Of a stretch of DNA of 64,000 nt, positions 28,938 to 42,769 are shown in pieces (the stretch's first letter is position 1; every line of letters begins with the position of its first letter). The notes beneath the pieces were generated by a model that saw nothing but the letters and a program-made list of their open reading frames with translations, did no database searches and was not told the DNA's origin. The stretch comes from Eledone cirrhosa (Eukaryota): positions 375,596,001-375,660,000 of the forward strand of contig OZ024743.1 in NCBI GenBank assembly GCA_964016885.1. Reading direction: 5' to 3'. A program made the translations under genes and the position numbers.

Positions 28938-29455
28938 ACGAAGTGTGTTTTATAAATTTTGACATAACCAGGAAAATACCTTATCGGTTCAAGTTTTCCT
29001 TGGATAGTGAAGGGATAAGAGAAGAAAAGTCAGTCGAGTGCTCTGAATCAGTTATAAACATTTATATTTGTTGAATTACCAACAAATTGAATATCCCTTC
29101 TGCTTATATATATATATACACATTTGAATGGATGTGTGTGTGTGTGACAGAGATTAAACATGTATCGCGTCAAAACGAAGAGCCTGCTTCACCTTACCAA
29201 TAGAAGTTATACCCCACATGTCCAATAAGAGCTGTGTATCACTTTACCAATAGGAACTCTGCGTTTTCATTACTAATAGAAAAATAGGGGGTGTCAGAAT
29301 CATTAGAGTATCGGACAAAATACCTTGCAGTGTTTGTTTCCACTTGTCATGTATTGAATTCAAATCTGAGCTCAAGTATTTTAGTTGATATAATTAACTT
29401 CCTATCAGAAAAGAAAGAAAAGAATTACTAGCTTTCTGCGGTTTCGTAGAACTGC

Positions 29456-29885
29456 TTCTTCTTCTCCCACTTATTGAAAAGAGGGTCGTGGGGGAAGAGT
29501 CCTTAAACAGTGGGTCCTGTCAGAAGCAACCATCTCCAATTGATCCGGCTGGATCCCCAAGCGTGACCAGCCAAGTTCACTGATGTTATCCAACCATCTT
29601 GCTTGGGATCTACCTCTGGCTCTCCTGCCAGTTGGTTTTGCCCGTAAAATCTCTTCCAGTGATTCTTTCTTGAATCATTCTAACCCCGCGCCCATAGTAT
29701 CAGAGCTGTGATCTCTCAATTCTGAGAAGTAGCGGCTCTACCTGGAGTGACTCTCTGATATCAGAGTTACGCACTTTATCGAGTAACATTACTCCAAAGA
29801 CCCTTCGGAAGAATCCCATTTCGGCCATATGTATTCGCGATCGTATGCTTTCGGTCATTATCCAAGATTTATGATCATAAGTAAA
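29456..29885 (-). mobile_element. Degenerate RTE LINE 3' fragment
   Basis: Minus-strand translation includes SWIMTESIRSRIHMAEMGFFRRVFGVMLLDKVRNSDIRE and RRARGRSQARWLDNI. Ends in an (AAG)-like tail. Confidence 0.75.
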
Positions 29886-29886
29886 T

Positions 29887-30210
29887 GGTTGGCACGTAGA
29901 GCGTCATACAAAATGTTTTGTGGTATTCATGGTTGAGATAGTAGTTATTTGAAATTCGCTATTATATAATATTTAGACAACTCCTTAGAAATATGTTGTT
30001 GTTATTGTTATTTTAATTGGGGTTTTTGTTACCGTAGTGTTGTTTCTTAACTCCGTCTTCTGAGTTCAAATCCTGCCGAGGTCAACTTGCCTTTCATCAT
30101 TCGATAAAATAAAATAGTAATCAAGTACTGTGATTGATATATTCAACTTACTCCCTCCTGCCCCCCCCCCCCCTATTTCTAGCCCGGAGCCTAAATTCGA
30201 AATTATTATT
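29887..30210 (+). mobile_element. SINE interrupted by a 120-bp copy of 27591-27718
   Basis: SINE head at 29887-29935, insert at 29936-30055, B-box/core resumes TTCTGAGTTCAAATCC. Confidence 0.7.
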
Positions 30211-30952
30211 AATAGGAATTCTGCTTTACCTAACACGATTATAGCTGCCTAGCAATTGGAAATTAATCGAACTGATTTGGCTGAAGTAGAAATAAGCAGC
30301 TGCTTAGTTCCCGTGAGAATTAGCAACATAAATAAACTGGAAATGTTCCTAGCCGATTCTACTCACCAAAATCTTACCACCTTTCTTGGGCAAATGTCTT
30401 CTTTTACAGCTTTAAGTTGTGAAATGCCTTGTCAGGGAAATGTTCGTAGGCTAAAACAATATCTATTGAGATCAATATAATTAACTAAATCTCTTTAATG
30501 CGGTGCCATCCGGGCCGCAGTCTAATCACTGAAACTATAAGAACACTATATGTGTGCACGTGTGTGGGGGGGGGGGTGCGTGTGTGTGTGTGTGTTTATA
30601 TCCCATAACTTAGCGATTTCACAAGGAAACAGACTTGAGAAAATATTCACTGAAGTTGATATGATCAACAAAATCTGTTAAGGTAGTGCCCCAGAATAGC
30701 CGCAGTCTAATGACGGAAAATATTAAAAGACTAAAAGAATAAAAGAAAATGAAAACGAATTGGATGACTAGAGCATCAAACTGAAATGTGACAGTCAACA
30801 AGGAATTATTGATTTCGTATAGAAGAGAGGAATGATTGGAACTACAAGATCAAAATAAAATTTATCACATTGAATTCGACGAAGCGAACTGTGTATAAAT
30901 TAAATTTGAACTAGACCGTGTATAGATTAAATATCAATAAAATAAAATCAGG

Positions 30953-31155
30953 TTCAACCCTTTCAATACTAGTCCGTCCAAAACCACCTCTGATTCTATG
31001 ATACAATGCTGCATGTTTTAACCCTTTTAATACCATCCGGTCCAAAACCACCTCTACTTTTATGATACAATGTTAAATTTTCTAACCTTTTTGGTACCAA
31101 CCCGCCCAAAACTGCCTCTACTTCTATGAAACAAAACGACCCATTTTAAAGGGTT
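30953..31155. repeat. Three ~64-bp tandem units with piggyBac-like ends
   Basis: Units begin AACCCTTT and contain CCAAAAC..CCTCT...TATGA.ACAA. The array ends TTAAAGGGTT. Confidence 0.55.
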
Positions 31156-32351
31156 CCTACCTATTTAAATTTAAATCTTCCAGCATAATTTGACAAAAGA
31201 ACCTCTTGTTAAACCATATTACAAATAACATGTTAATAATTGTTTTAGTAAATCACTCCAGGTTATTCATTCATTAATTTATTTACAGTGTATTTCATTA
31301 GAAATATAGTAATTAACAGGGTTGAATATGGCAGGAATATTTCACTCTTCAATCTAATTATATTTACTAATACATAACCCGGGCGGAATAAGATATATTC
31401 AATTTCTTCACTAAACTCTAGCAAAACTCCGTATTGTAGGTTTACTTTAATTTTGAGAAGATATAAGCAAGGAAGGTGTTCCTGGGAGTCGACGTTCAGG
31501 CCAAGAAGAACTATGGTGTAGTGGAGGAGGCTATAATCAGTTAATTCAGGTTTATCTAAAACTATGTTATCCATATCTCACTGAGGACTATCAATTATGA
31601 TAGCCTGAGCTCTTCAGGCAGCAAAACCTATAAAAACTTGAGACATTGAAAGTTCCTGAAAAAAAATCTTTAAATTTAAATTTTTTTTAAATTCAAAAAC
31701 TTCCTCGAAAGAATTATTTTTTCTTGATACAGGGGGACGGCCGAACGTTAATTAATTCTATCATGCAATTCCTGTGCGTGAAGATATTTTTTAAAGTAAG
31801 GAAAAACTGTGCACTGAGCCAATCCCACTCTCTGAGCGACAGTTACTATAACCCGAAAAGAAGAAAAGATCAACATCATCGGTAACTACTGAGCCGCAGG
31901 TTTTATATCGGAGTTATCCCAGTTTCCTGAGTTGCCTTCTCCTAGAAGAATGCCCTGAGAAAGGCTAGGGGTCTTTCACTCCCAGTGGTTTAACCGCGCG
32001 ATCGGGTGTCCAGCCCGACTATTTCTATGTCCCCGCGCATATACATACACATGCACCCATGTATATATACAAATATACATATACATACATATGTACATGT
32101 GTATATACATATTTACACACTTTTGGATGGCCGTTGACTCTTATGAGTTCTTCCGCCCTTTGTCAGGTTTTGTTTTTTGTCCTGCAGGGTGTCCAAAATC
32201 ACCCTCCTCACCAAGTAAACTTGGTGGGGTTGCCGGTTTAGTCGCCGACGACCCGACTATGCGACAGGTTGTACTGGGTTACATGTTACCAGTAACACTC
32301 AAGAGTTGTTGAAGGTTGCAGTAAATGCGTCCGTAGGCGGTATGCTGTTAT

Positions 32352-32508
<157 letters not shown>

Positions 32509-32662
32509 ATATATATAGGGAGGGAGAGAGATTATATATATATATAAATATATATAAAATGTTACGATCTATGGCAGTCCAATACCAGTCCTGGACTCTA
32601 TAATTAAATATGTTTAACGTTATTGCCAACGAATCTGGTTCACTAGTAAGAACTAATAAGTA

Positions 32663-32853
32663 ATTGTTTCTACTTGTGCCACAAGGCCAGCAATTACCCA
32701 GAGCATTACTGGTACTTTATTTTATCGACCCCGTAAGTATGAAAGGCAAAGTTAACCTCGGCGGGATTTGAACTCAGAATGGCAAGGGCCGTAAAGCATG
32801 GCATCCGTCAAAGCATGGCATCCGACCCTTTACCGATACTGCCAATCCACCGC
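32663..32853 (-). mobile_element. tRNA-derived SINE with ~17-bp TSD
   Basis: SINE core present; flanks AAGAACTAATAAGTAAT / AAGAACTAATAAATAAT. Confidence 0.85.
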
Positions 32854-33092
32854 CAAGAACTAATAAATAATGACACACGAAAACAATTGTAAAAAAACAA
32901 CACAACAATAATATATCAGACATCATAAAGTATAATTGAAGAAGAAAACTAATTCCTGAGTTCATTCAAATAAGTGTTGCTAATTATCTTGACAACAATA
33001 AAAAATGCCATGTACTAAGTGACTTGTCAGATGATATAAAAATCCAGAAAGAACAAAAATTAATTTACGTGGAAGAAAGAATTTGGTTATTT

Positions 33093-33275
33093 ATGGATTG
33101 GCAGTATCGGTAGAGGGTCGGACGCCATGCTTTCCGGCATAGTTACGTCCCTTTACGATCTGAGTTCAAATCCCGCCGAGGTTGACTTTGCCTTTCATCC
33201 TTACGGGGTCGATAAAATAAAGTACCAGTAATGAACTGGGTAATTGCTGGCCTTGTGCCTAAAGTAGAAACAGTT
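33093..33275 (+). mobile_element. tRNA-derived SINE
   Basis: TGGCAGTATCGGTAG A-box, GAGTTCAAATCC B-box, core, flanking GTTATTTA duplication. Confidence 0.85.
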
Positions 33276-35141
33276 ATTTAGACTAGAGACTAGTACTGCC
33301 AATGAAATATGGTTAACGGATAAATGTATTCCAAGTCTCCTATAAGGTATGAAAATTATGATCTTGGTGTAATACTGTGTGTGGGTATGCGTTCGTGTGT
33401 ATGTTTGTGTACAAACACACATGTATGTACGTGACTATGTGTGCATGTGTGTGTGTGTGTGTACAAATGCATATGTATGTGTGAATATGAGTGTGTGTGC
33501 GTGTGTGTGTACAAACACATATGTATGTACGTGTGTATATCTGTGTGTGTATATATATATATGTATGTGTGTGTGTGTGTGTGTGTGTGAACACGTATGA
33601 ACGTCTGTATATGTGTGTATATATGTATATATGTGTATGTGTTACTGTTGATTTCTAAGTGTGAAAATGCAGAATGAGTGAGAACAATATATTTAAAGAA
33701 GTCCTAAATGTAAATGTATATGTAAATACATTAAAAAAACAAAAATTATTCCAATCTTAACTGGAGATCAAATAACATAAAATCTCTTCTTTATTGAAAA
33801 ACATAAAAATACTTGAATTATAAAGATCGCGTTGTGGAAGCAAAACTTAGGCTCCGAATAAACTTAGCAAAGGCCAAAGTTTTAGTAAATAGGAAAGAGG
33901 ACAAGGCTCTGATACCACCGGGGAAATAGCTGCGTTTGGCCCCGATTTGCTGATAATAATGCAAGCTGGGGAGAGCGGGAGAGATGGGGCAGTGACAATG
34001 GGAGTTTGGTTCCTTTGTGTTCGGATCTGGTGTATATGTATATATTATTTACCACACCACATGTTACATACATCAGACCTGCTAACCTCTAAAAAGCCAA
34101 AGGAGGAGTACAATGAAAAAAGGGCCCCAAAGCGGGAAGAAATGGGGTAAAATGCGGTGATTTTACATGATGAAAGCTATACCCATTTTCAAGAGAGAAA
34201 AGGTCTCTGACACCCCCCACCCACCCCCAAAGTGGGTGGGAGATCTCCTCGTCGGACGGGGAGAGTTGACAGGTCTGATATATATACAGATCTGATTGAC
34301 CACTTGTCATTTTGTCTTACTGTCCATGTTGTCACCCAACCTGTGAATACAATGTATCAACCTACCCCACCACTTTTATACGGTGGACTCATGGTAAAAT
34401 ATGGGGATTGTAGCTAGCCTGAAAGAGAAGGTAGACGTTGTGTAAAGAGGGGTAGTTAGTAATAAGGACACTGGTGAAAAAAACGCTTTATAATCAGTGG
34501 AGGGGGAGGGGAATCGATAGAACTAGTTGATAGCTTCTGTTATCTTGATTACCTATTTAGTAGTGGAGAAGTCCTCTGAATACCTAATGACCATGAACAT
34601 AATACAAAACACGAACATTTCGTCTTCTCTGTATGCCCTAGAAATTAGCACCAGTTGTTGTGTCCTTGAGAGGATAAGGCACAAACATGCCCGGGATAAG
34701 ATGCTAGACTCTTGAAGGTCTTTTTCCTCCAGTACATCTTCATATTGAACATGGTACTGTAATCTAATGAATCCTTCGTAAAAACTAAGTGCTCTCACTT
34801 AAAGGATTCGCGAGCTGTGCCTACTTTGCGATTTCAATATACAGCTAAGACGAATTGGTCATTTGCGAGCTAAATGACCCTGCCCGAATCAAAGACACAG
34901 CACAATGTCGTATACATGATGATTTCTAATTTAGGTCAAGGCCAAAAATGGTTTCTAATTTAGGAGGAGGGGTGCTATATTACATTGACATCGGATGATT
35001 GAAAGACAGAGTTGACCTCGTCGGAATTTGAACTTGGAAAATAAAAAGCATTTGTCCGACGCTGTAACATAGACATATACTTAAATAGACACATACAGAC
35101 ACATACATACATACATACATACATACATACATACATACATA

Positions 35142-36012
35142 CAAAAAAAATTGACCAATTTACAGAAAAAGTTGTGCATGGATACTTGAGGCGTAAAACA
35201 CAGACCATAGAGGGGATAAACCACTCAAAAAGCCTGGCATGGAGTTCCGACAAGTTTATGACATCACACCTTGAGGGATATCTCTATGCAATACAGGAAC
35301 AAGAACTCCCTACCAAATATCTGCTGCACAAAAGAGGAGGGCCAGCAGCTGACAATAAATGTAGGCTATGTAAAACAAAGATCGAGGATGTAAGCCACAT
35401 TGTTGCCAGCTGCGAAAGAATGTCATCTCGCTACTACCTCCCCATGAGACACGATGGGATAGCTAGAACCATCTGGAACGCACTTCGGAAAACAAAATCA
35501 ACAACAAACGAGGAAGAATATATTGAGACAGATGGCACTAAGGAATACTGGTGGAACCTGAAAATAAAAACTGCCACCAAATTAAAGCACAACCGGCCTG
35601 ATATTGTAGTTTGGGACCACACATTGAAAACGTGTTCTGTTGTGGAGATCAGCTGCCCACTTGATGTAAACGTTGTCAGAAAAATACAGGAGAAGGAGGA
35701 CATCTACGGACCATTGATGAGGAGTTTACAAATCCAGTATCCAAGATACACCTTTAGCTTCATACCCATCAGTATTGGTGCTACGGGTTATATACCAACC
35801 CGCTTGGACCAAAGTATGACTGAACTTGGATTTGCGGACAAAAAGCGCAGCTCCCTAATTCATAGTCTACAAATGGCTGCGATAGCTGGCACCTTCAAAA
35901 TTTGCAAAACATTCTTGCGATTCAAGGGATGACAATTTCTTTTCTTTTACAACCTTGCCACCAGGAAGGTGGCCGGTCAAAAAATATACTCAAAATTAAG
36001 AGAAAGAGAAAA
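35142..36012 (+). mobile_element. 5'-truncated R4/Dong-like LINE, subfamily A (zinc knuckle + restriction-like endonuclease)
   Basis: ORF 35174-35932 contains CRLC...H...C, RHD, HNRPDIVVWD and VVEISCP. Bounded by (TACA)n on both sides. Confidence 0.9.
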
Positions 36013-36075
36013 CATACATACATACATACATACATACATACATACATACATACATACATACATACATACATACAT

Positions 36076-38963
36076 ACTTATACCAGAATGGTTGACATTA
36101 GCACAAACATTACTGGTCCCCAAGAACAAAGACACCCACTTGGCAAAAAACTACCGACCCATTGCATGCCAGAACCTGATGTATAAGATGTATACAGCCT
36201 TCCTGGACCTATTCCTCCAAGATCACTGTGAAAACCAAACATCAGTCTATAGAGATATGAAGGGCAAAATAATAAGTGTCACTGAGGCCCCATCCCAGAA
36301 AGACAGACTCCTTTTGGAGCAAAATATGGGGTGAAAAGAAGAATTTCAACCAAGATTCAGTGTGGCTAAGAGAAATCCGAAAGAACTATTGCTCCTACAC
36401 TACAACAAAAACATACGAAATAAGTGAGGGTACCCTTGAGACTGTGATAGGAAAACTCCAAGATAAAAAAACACCAGGAAGAGACATGATTGTCGGCTAC
36501 TGGTACAACAAACTGATATTCTATCGGAGGTATCTTACTGACCTCTACCAACAAGTTCTTAAGGGAGATACACTTATACCAGAATGGTTGACATTAGCAC
36601 AAACATTACTGGTCCCCAAGAACAAAGACACCCACTTGGCAAAAAACTACCAACCCATTGCATGCCAGAACCTGATGTATAAGATCTATACAGCCTGCCT
36701 GAACCTATTCCTCCAAGATCACTGTGAAAATAATAACATCATCACAGATGAACAAGCAGCTGGAAAGAAAGGGGTTTGGAGATGTGCTGAACAACTCCTA
36801 ATCAACAAAACTGCGATGTCGGAGGTGCGACAACTTAGGAGGAATATGACTACAGTCTGGCTGGACTACAGGAAAGCTTTCGATTCTGTTCCCCACTCTT
36901 GGATGATAGAGGCCCTCCAACTTGCTAAAGTCCCAGACATTATTGTCAGAGCCATAAAGAGGCTGTCTTCTTCTTGGGCTACTATCCTAAGGTTAAAGAC
37001 AGAGAGGGGGGGACTCTATTTTCACTGATAAAATAAAATATTGCAGGGGTATATTTCAGGGGGACAGTCTCTCTGTGATATTATTCATCTTGTCATTAAA
37101 CCCCTTGTCCTTTCTGCTCGAGAAATGTGAGGGATACATCATTAGCTCACAGGAGGACAGAAATACGAACCTAACCCATAATTTCTTTGTGGACGATCTG
37201 AAACTCTATGCCAAGAACATTGATGGCATGAAGAAAAATCTTGACCTAGTTACAACGTTCTCAAAGGATATAGGAATGGAGTTTGGCCAAGATAAATGCT
37301 CATACATGACTGTAAAGCGGGGAAAAACAGCAACCCAATCTAGCAACATTGTCATCAATGACCTAACTGTTTCACCGATATCTGATGAGGACTGCTACAG
37401 ATACCTGGAGATAGATGAGAACATATCCTATAATGGTATCTGTAAAAAAGAACGCGTAACCAGGGAATACTACACCCGATTAAGAAAGATCTCGTCATCG
37501 GAACTCTCTGCGCAAAATAAAACAGTGGCTCACAATGTGTTTGCTGTGCCTGTCCTAACACTAACGTTTGGAATACTCAATTGGACGATAGACGAAATCC
37601 GAGCAGTTGATGTTGGAACTCGAAAAATACTGAACAACACCGGAAACTTCCACATCAACAGTGACATAGACCGCCTTTAATTGAAACGTAAGCAAGGGGG
37701 CAGAGGCCTAACGTCAGTCCAGATAACATTTGAATGTCGCATCATATCTCTCCGACAACATCTACGAACCTCGAAGCGTAGGAGCCCGTTTCTCGAGCAA
37801 GTCTATCTGCATGAAACAGATAACATCATGAGAGTTGGGAAGGAGTTCCTCGGGAGACATTCCCTGTGTGATAATCAAAAACTCACACCCAGGGATGTCG
37901 CTCAGCAGTATCGCAGTGAATCCAAGGATGAAAAACTGCATGCTTTTCAGCAAAAAATCATGCATGGATATGTTGCCAGGAAGCTCCAGAGTGAGAGAAA
38001 TATAGATAAGGAAAGTAGTCGATCTTGGACCAACAACCGCTAAATTGGCTCCCACTTTGAAGGATACGCTTTTGTAATCCAGGAACAGGAGATTAGCATG
38101 AAATACCTGATTCACAAAGGAGATAGGGATGCAGGCAAAACACCTAGATGTGATAACAAGTGCAGACTCTGCAGAACTAACATCGAGGATATCACCCATG
38201 TCATCAGCAGCTGTCCAAAGATGTCATCGCGGTACTATCTACCTATGATGTAGTGGCCAAAACACTGTACAATGCAGTTCGTAAAAAAGATAGCTCCGAT
38301 AATAAACGATTAAAAGCTACAGCAATGTGGAAGACATCCATGTACATAATTTGAAAGAGTACTGGTGGAATGTTCCAGTAAAAACCCCAATAAAATGCAG
38401 GCATAACAGACCAGATATTATGATATGGGACAGGGAGAAGAAAGCATGCACAGTAGTGGAAATTAGCTGCCCAGCAGATGCCAATATAATATCAAAGATT
38501 AGTGAACAGAAGAATATTTATGCAGAACTGATGAGAAATGTGCAGATACTCCACCCTGATTACACCTTCAGATTTCTGCCTGTGATTATTGGGGCACTAG
38601 GATATGTTAGTAACTGCCTCAATACAAATCTTGAGAAGCTAGGCTTCACAGGAACAGAAAGAACACAACTAGTTAGGAAATTACAAGTACAATCCATTAA
38701 TGGAACAGTAAAAATATGTAAAACATTCCAAAAATGTTGCATCTAATAACTGCATATACACATGTACAGATGCAAAGCATATACACATGCACACACACAA
38801 CTCAAAACATCCACATCCACACATACAATAACATCCATATCTACACATGCATGCACACATACATATCTACCTAGTTGATGTTAATTAGAGAATCTTGTGT
38901 CTATGTTAGAAACCGACTCTCTCTCTATTGGTAAAACTTTGTGAAATTATAAAACCAGAAGAA
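36076..38963 (+). mobile_element. 5'-truncated, frameshifted R4/Dong-like LINE, subfamily B (RT + CCHC + RLE)
   Basis: RT motifs DYRKAFDSVPH, GIFQGDSLS and FFVDD; CRLC and HNRPDI...VEISCP downstream. The 3' UTR ends TTATAAAACCAGAAGAA then (CATA)n. Several stops and frameshifts. Confidence 0.92.
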
Positions 38964-39056
38964 CATACATACATACATACATACATACATACATACATAC
39001 ATACATACATACATACATACATACATACATACATACATACATACATACATACATAC

Positions 39057-39617
39057 AATGGGACAGAGAAAAGAAGGAATGCACAGTAGTGGAAGTTAGC
39101 TATCCAGCAGATGCCAATATAATATCAAAGATTAGTGAAAAGGAGAATATTTATGCAGAACTGATGAGAAATCTGCAGATACTCCACCCTGATTACACCT
39201 TCAGATTTATGCCTGTGATTATTGGGGCACTGGAATATGTTAGTAACTGCCTCAATACACATCTTAAGAATACACATGTTAAGAAGCTGGGCTTCACAGG
39301 AACAGAAAGAACACAACTAGTTAGTAAATTACAAGTACAATCCATTAATGAAACAGTGAAAATATGAAAAACATTCCAAAGATTTTGCATCTAATAACTG
39401 CATATACACATGTACAGATACTAAGTATATACACATGCACACATACAACTCAAAACATACAATAACATCCATATCTACACATGCATGCATGCAGACATGC
39501 ATACATATCTACCTAGTTGATGTTGTGTAAATTCCAATGAGAGAGTCTTGTGTCTATGTTAGAAACCGACTCTCTCTCTCTATTGGCAAAACTTTGTGAA
39601 ATTATAAAACCAGAAGT
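39057..39617 (+). mobile_element. 3' fragment of R4/Dong-like LINE, subfamily B
   Basis: Close homolog of ~38425-38963; (TACA)n on both sides. Confidence 0.9.
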
Positions 39618-40565
39618 ACATACATACATACATACATACATACATACATACATACATACATACATACATACATACATACATACATACATACATACATACA
39701 TACGACTCAACAATTCCGCCGCCCTTGGTGTTTTTTACATAATACAAATCAACCAACATTTTGTCATCCATGCTATCTCTGTGATGGGTTGATTCTATAG
39801 ACACACCAATTGTATTTTTAACCAATTCCTCATGAAACTAATCCAAAACTAGACTTCTAGAAATCCTTCTGGAGAGATTGTGACACACTTCATATTTTTC
39901 AATGAAATTTTCACATGTAAAATTCTGCATGTGTCTAATCTCATTTAAATCTACATTGTTTTAGAAAATTAATGACTTCTCCTGATATTTCCCTTGAAAC
40001 TGACGCAAGAAATTAAATCATATTGAACATTTGTGGGGGTTTTTTTCGTTTTTTTTTTTTTGTTTTTTCTTCTTTTTTTTCTTTTTAATATCTTTTTTTA
40101 TTTATTTTTTTTTTCCAAAGATTATAATTTGTCTTGTGGCATTATAAATCTCATTTCTTTGTGACATCCACGTCCTAAACATATAATCAGCATTAATGTC
40201 TTGTAAAACGTTTTGTAGACACTGGTCGTCAATATATTGAGATATTGTGCTTCTGAGATAATTCGAATAATTCTTTCATATAAATTACTCCATAGGCTCC
40301 TTGAGGTGATATGGGAATTTCATATTGTTACCGTCTTCTCTCACATGGTTTATTTCAAAAGGATTAGTTGAATTAATCCTATTGCTGTTTTACATGTTTT
40401 ACATATTCTACAAACTCTAGCCTAACTAAATAATGTGATATCTTGCTCTGTGCAATAGATCTTGCTGGATTAAGGGATAGCGCTTGGAATCATTGATAAG
40501 GCTTCGGACAGTAAAGACGTGTGAAGACGTTGTAGTGAATTCTATTATTTTCACTTTCAACCTGA

Positions 40566-40631
<66 letters not shown>

Positions 40632-40852
40632 GTATATATACACATATATATATATACATATATATATATACATATATATATATATACACATATATATATA
40701 CACACATATATATATACATATATATACACATATATTATATATATTCATATATATGTACATATATCTATATATATATACACATATATTATATATACACATA
40801 TATTATGTATATACATATATATGTACATATATATACATATATATATATACAC

Positions 40853-40907
<55 letters not shown>

Positions 40908-40911
40908 CATA

Positions 40912-40943
<32 letters not shown>

Positions 40944-41174
40944 CATATATATATACATATATATATACATATATATATATACATATATATATACATATAT
41001 ATATACATACAAAGATCGGAATTAAGAGTATTCTGCAGTTCACAGTAATAATAATAATAGAATTAGCTCAAAGAAGGATAGAGAATTTCCTTCTGAGCTC
41101 AAATGCAAGTATATATTACACAAAGAGAAGTGTGTTACACAGTGAGATGTGTGTAAAGAATTATACATATATAC

Positions 41175-41205
<31 letters not shown>

Positions 41206-41392
41206 CATATATATATACACATATATATACATATATATACATATATATATATACATATATATATATACACATGTATATATATATACACATATATATACAT
41301 ATATATATACATATATATATATATACACATGTATATATATATACACATATATATACATATATATATATATACATATATATACATATATATAT

Positions 41393-41452
<60 letters not shown>

Positions 41453-41759
41453 GAAATTGATTGACATATATATGTAGGATTAATCATTTTTTAAAAGGTA
41501 ATATTTGAAGTTCTAGTTAAACTTTCATTAGTTACCTACCTAGCTGTGTGTGATTACACACTTTACAAATTATCCCCTGTGGATGTTTCATGTGTTTATT
41601 TTAAATATATATTTATTTTAAATATATATATGTCAATCAATTTCTAGTTGATATAAATTGCTCGGATCTATTCATTGGAATCTTTGAGCTTATTCTACGG
41701 TGAATATGGCTCATGTCTCGGACATGACTCCTTTAATTTAATTTAATTTAATTTATTTC

Positions 41760-41799
<40 letters not shown>

Positions 41800-41807
<8 letters not shown>

Positions 41808-42123
41808 CAGAGAATGTCTGTCTGTCTGACTGTCTGTCCCCCTAAATCTCGAGTACCACCAAACCGATTTTTTTCAAACTGTACACATGTAATACTTATG
41901 GTCGTGTGAGTGTTTTGAGCAAAATATATTTCAAATTTTCAATGCTCTAGGACCGCATTAGGCGCCGGTTAGCGATCTCTCTCTCTTTCTTAGTCTGTTT
42001 TTTTAGATAGATACATAACGTCGTGCCCTTATAATATCTGTCTGTATGTCTGGCTGTCTGCATTACGACATTATGAAAACATTGACTTCGCTATCTGTGT
42101 GTGTTTGTATATATGTATATGTA

Positions 42124-42169
<46 letters not shown>

Positions 42170-42682
42170 TGTAACGTTTTTCGAAATATTTACTTCTGCG
42201 TTCACAGATTGATTTTTTCAAGTTTCAGAAGATCCCGTTAAGGGTGAAAGCAGCGATTCTTTGCTTAAACTTTAATCTGTTATTTTAATATATATATATA
42301 TATACGTGTACAGATATTTTTGCATTCACAATAACAAAATATAGACAAACGTATTTATTTCACGAGGCTCGATAAGGATAAATATATATCAAATATATAA
42401 GAACCCTAGAGCAAATATTGTTCTCATTGCTGATGTATTATCTTCGGTATTTTCCGTTCTTTGCCAGGGAACGTCTTCACGAACCAAAGTATCGTCTTCC
42501 TGTTTTCCTTGGGTTGCAATATTACTGCGTTCATAGATTGATTTTTTTTTGTTTCAGAAGATCCTGTTAAGAGTGAAAGCAGTGACTCTTTGCTTAAACT
42601 TTAAACTGTTATTTTCAGAAAGGGGAGATAAACATGCCTATATATGTTTAGAATCCCGAGCAACTCCGGGCCATTCTGCTTG
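41800..42682 (+). mobile_element. Non-autonomous Helitron-like element
   Basis: 5' (TCTG)n followed by ATCTCGAG...CCGATTT. 3' hairpin CCCGAGCAACTCCGGG followed by CTTG (degenerate CTAG). Internal duplication ~42195-42285 / 42522-42617. Confidence 0.55.

Positions 42683-42769
<87 letters not shown>

Noticed and set aside
31570-31620. Minus-strand CTGAAGA-hairpin-GAGA hammerhead candidate
   Set aside because: GAAA is mutated, stem II is imperfect and there is no convincing stem I. At best a dead remnant.
33904-33916. TGGTATCAGAGC tRNA-Met primer-binding-site motif on the minus strand
   Set aside because: Not preceded by an LTR-terminal CA, and no paired LTR or gag/pol nearby. Likely chance.
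40488-40542. TTGATAA-GGCTTC...GAAGAC hammerhead-like remnant
   Set aside because: GAAA box absent; cannot be supported.
40484-41487. 326-aa ORF and overlapping YI/HT-rich ORFs (likewise 51.5-52.1, 56.6-57.4 and 59.7-60.4 kb)
   Set aside because: Translations of (AT)n, (AC)n and (TACA)n microsatellites.
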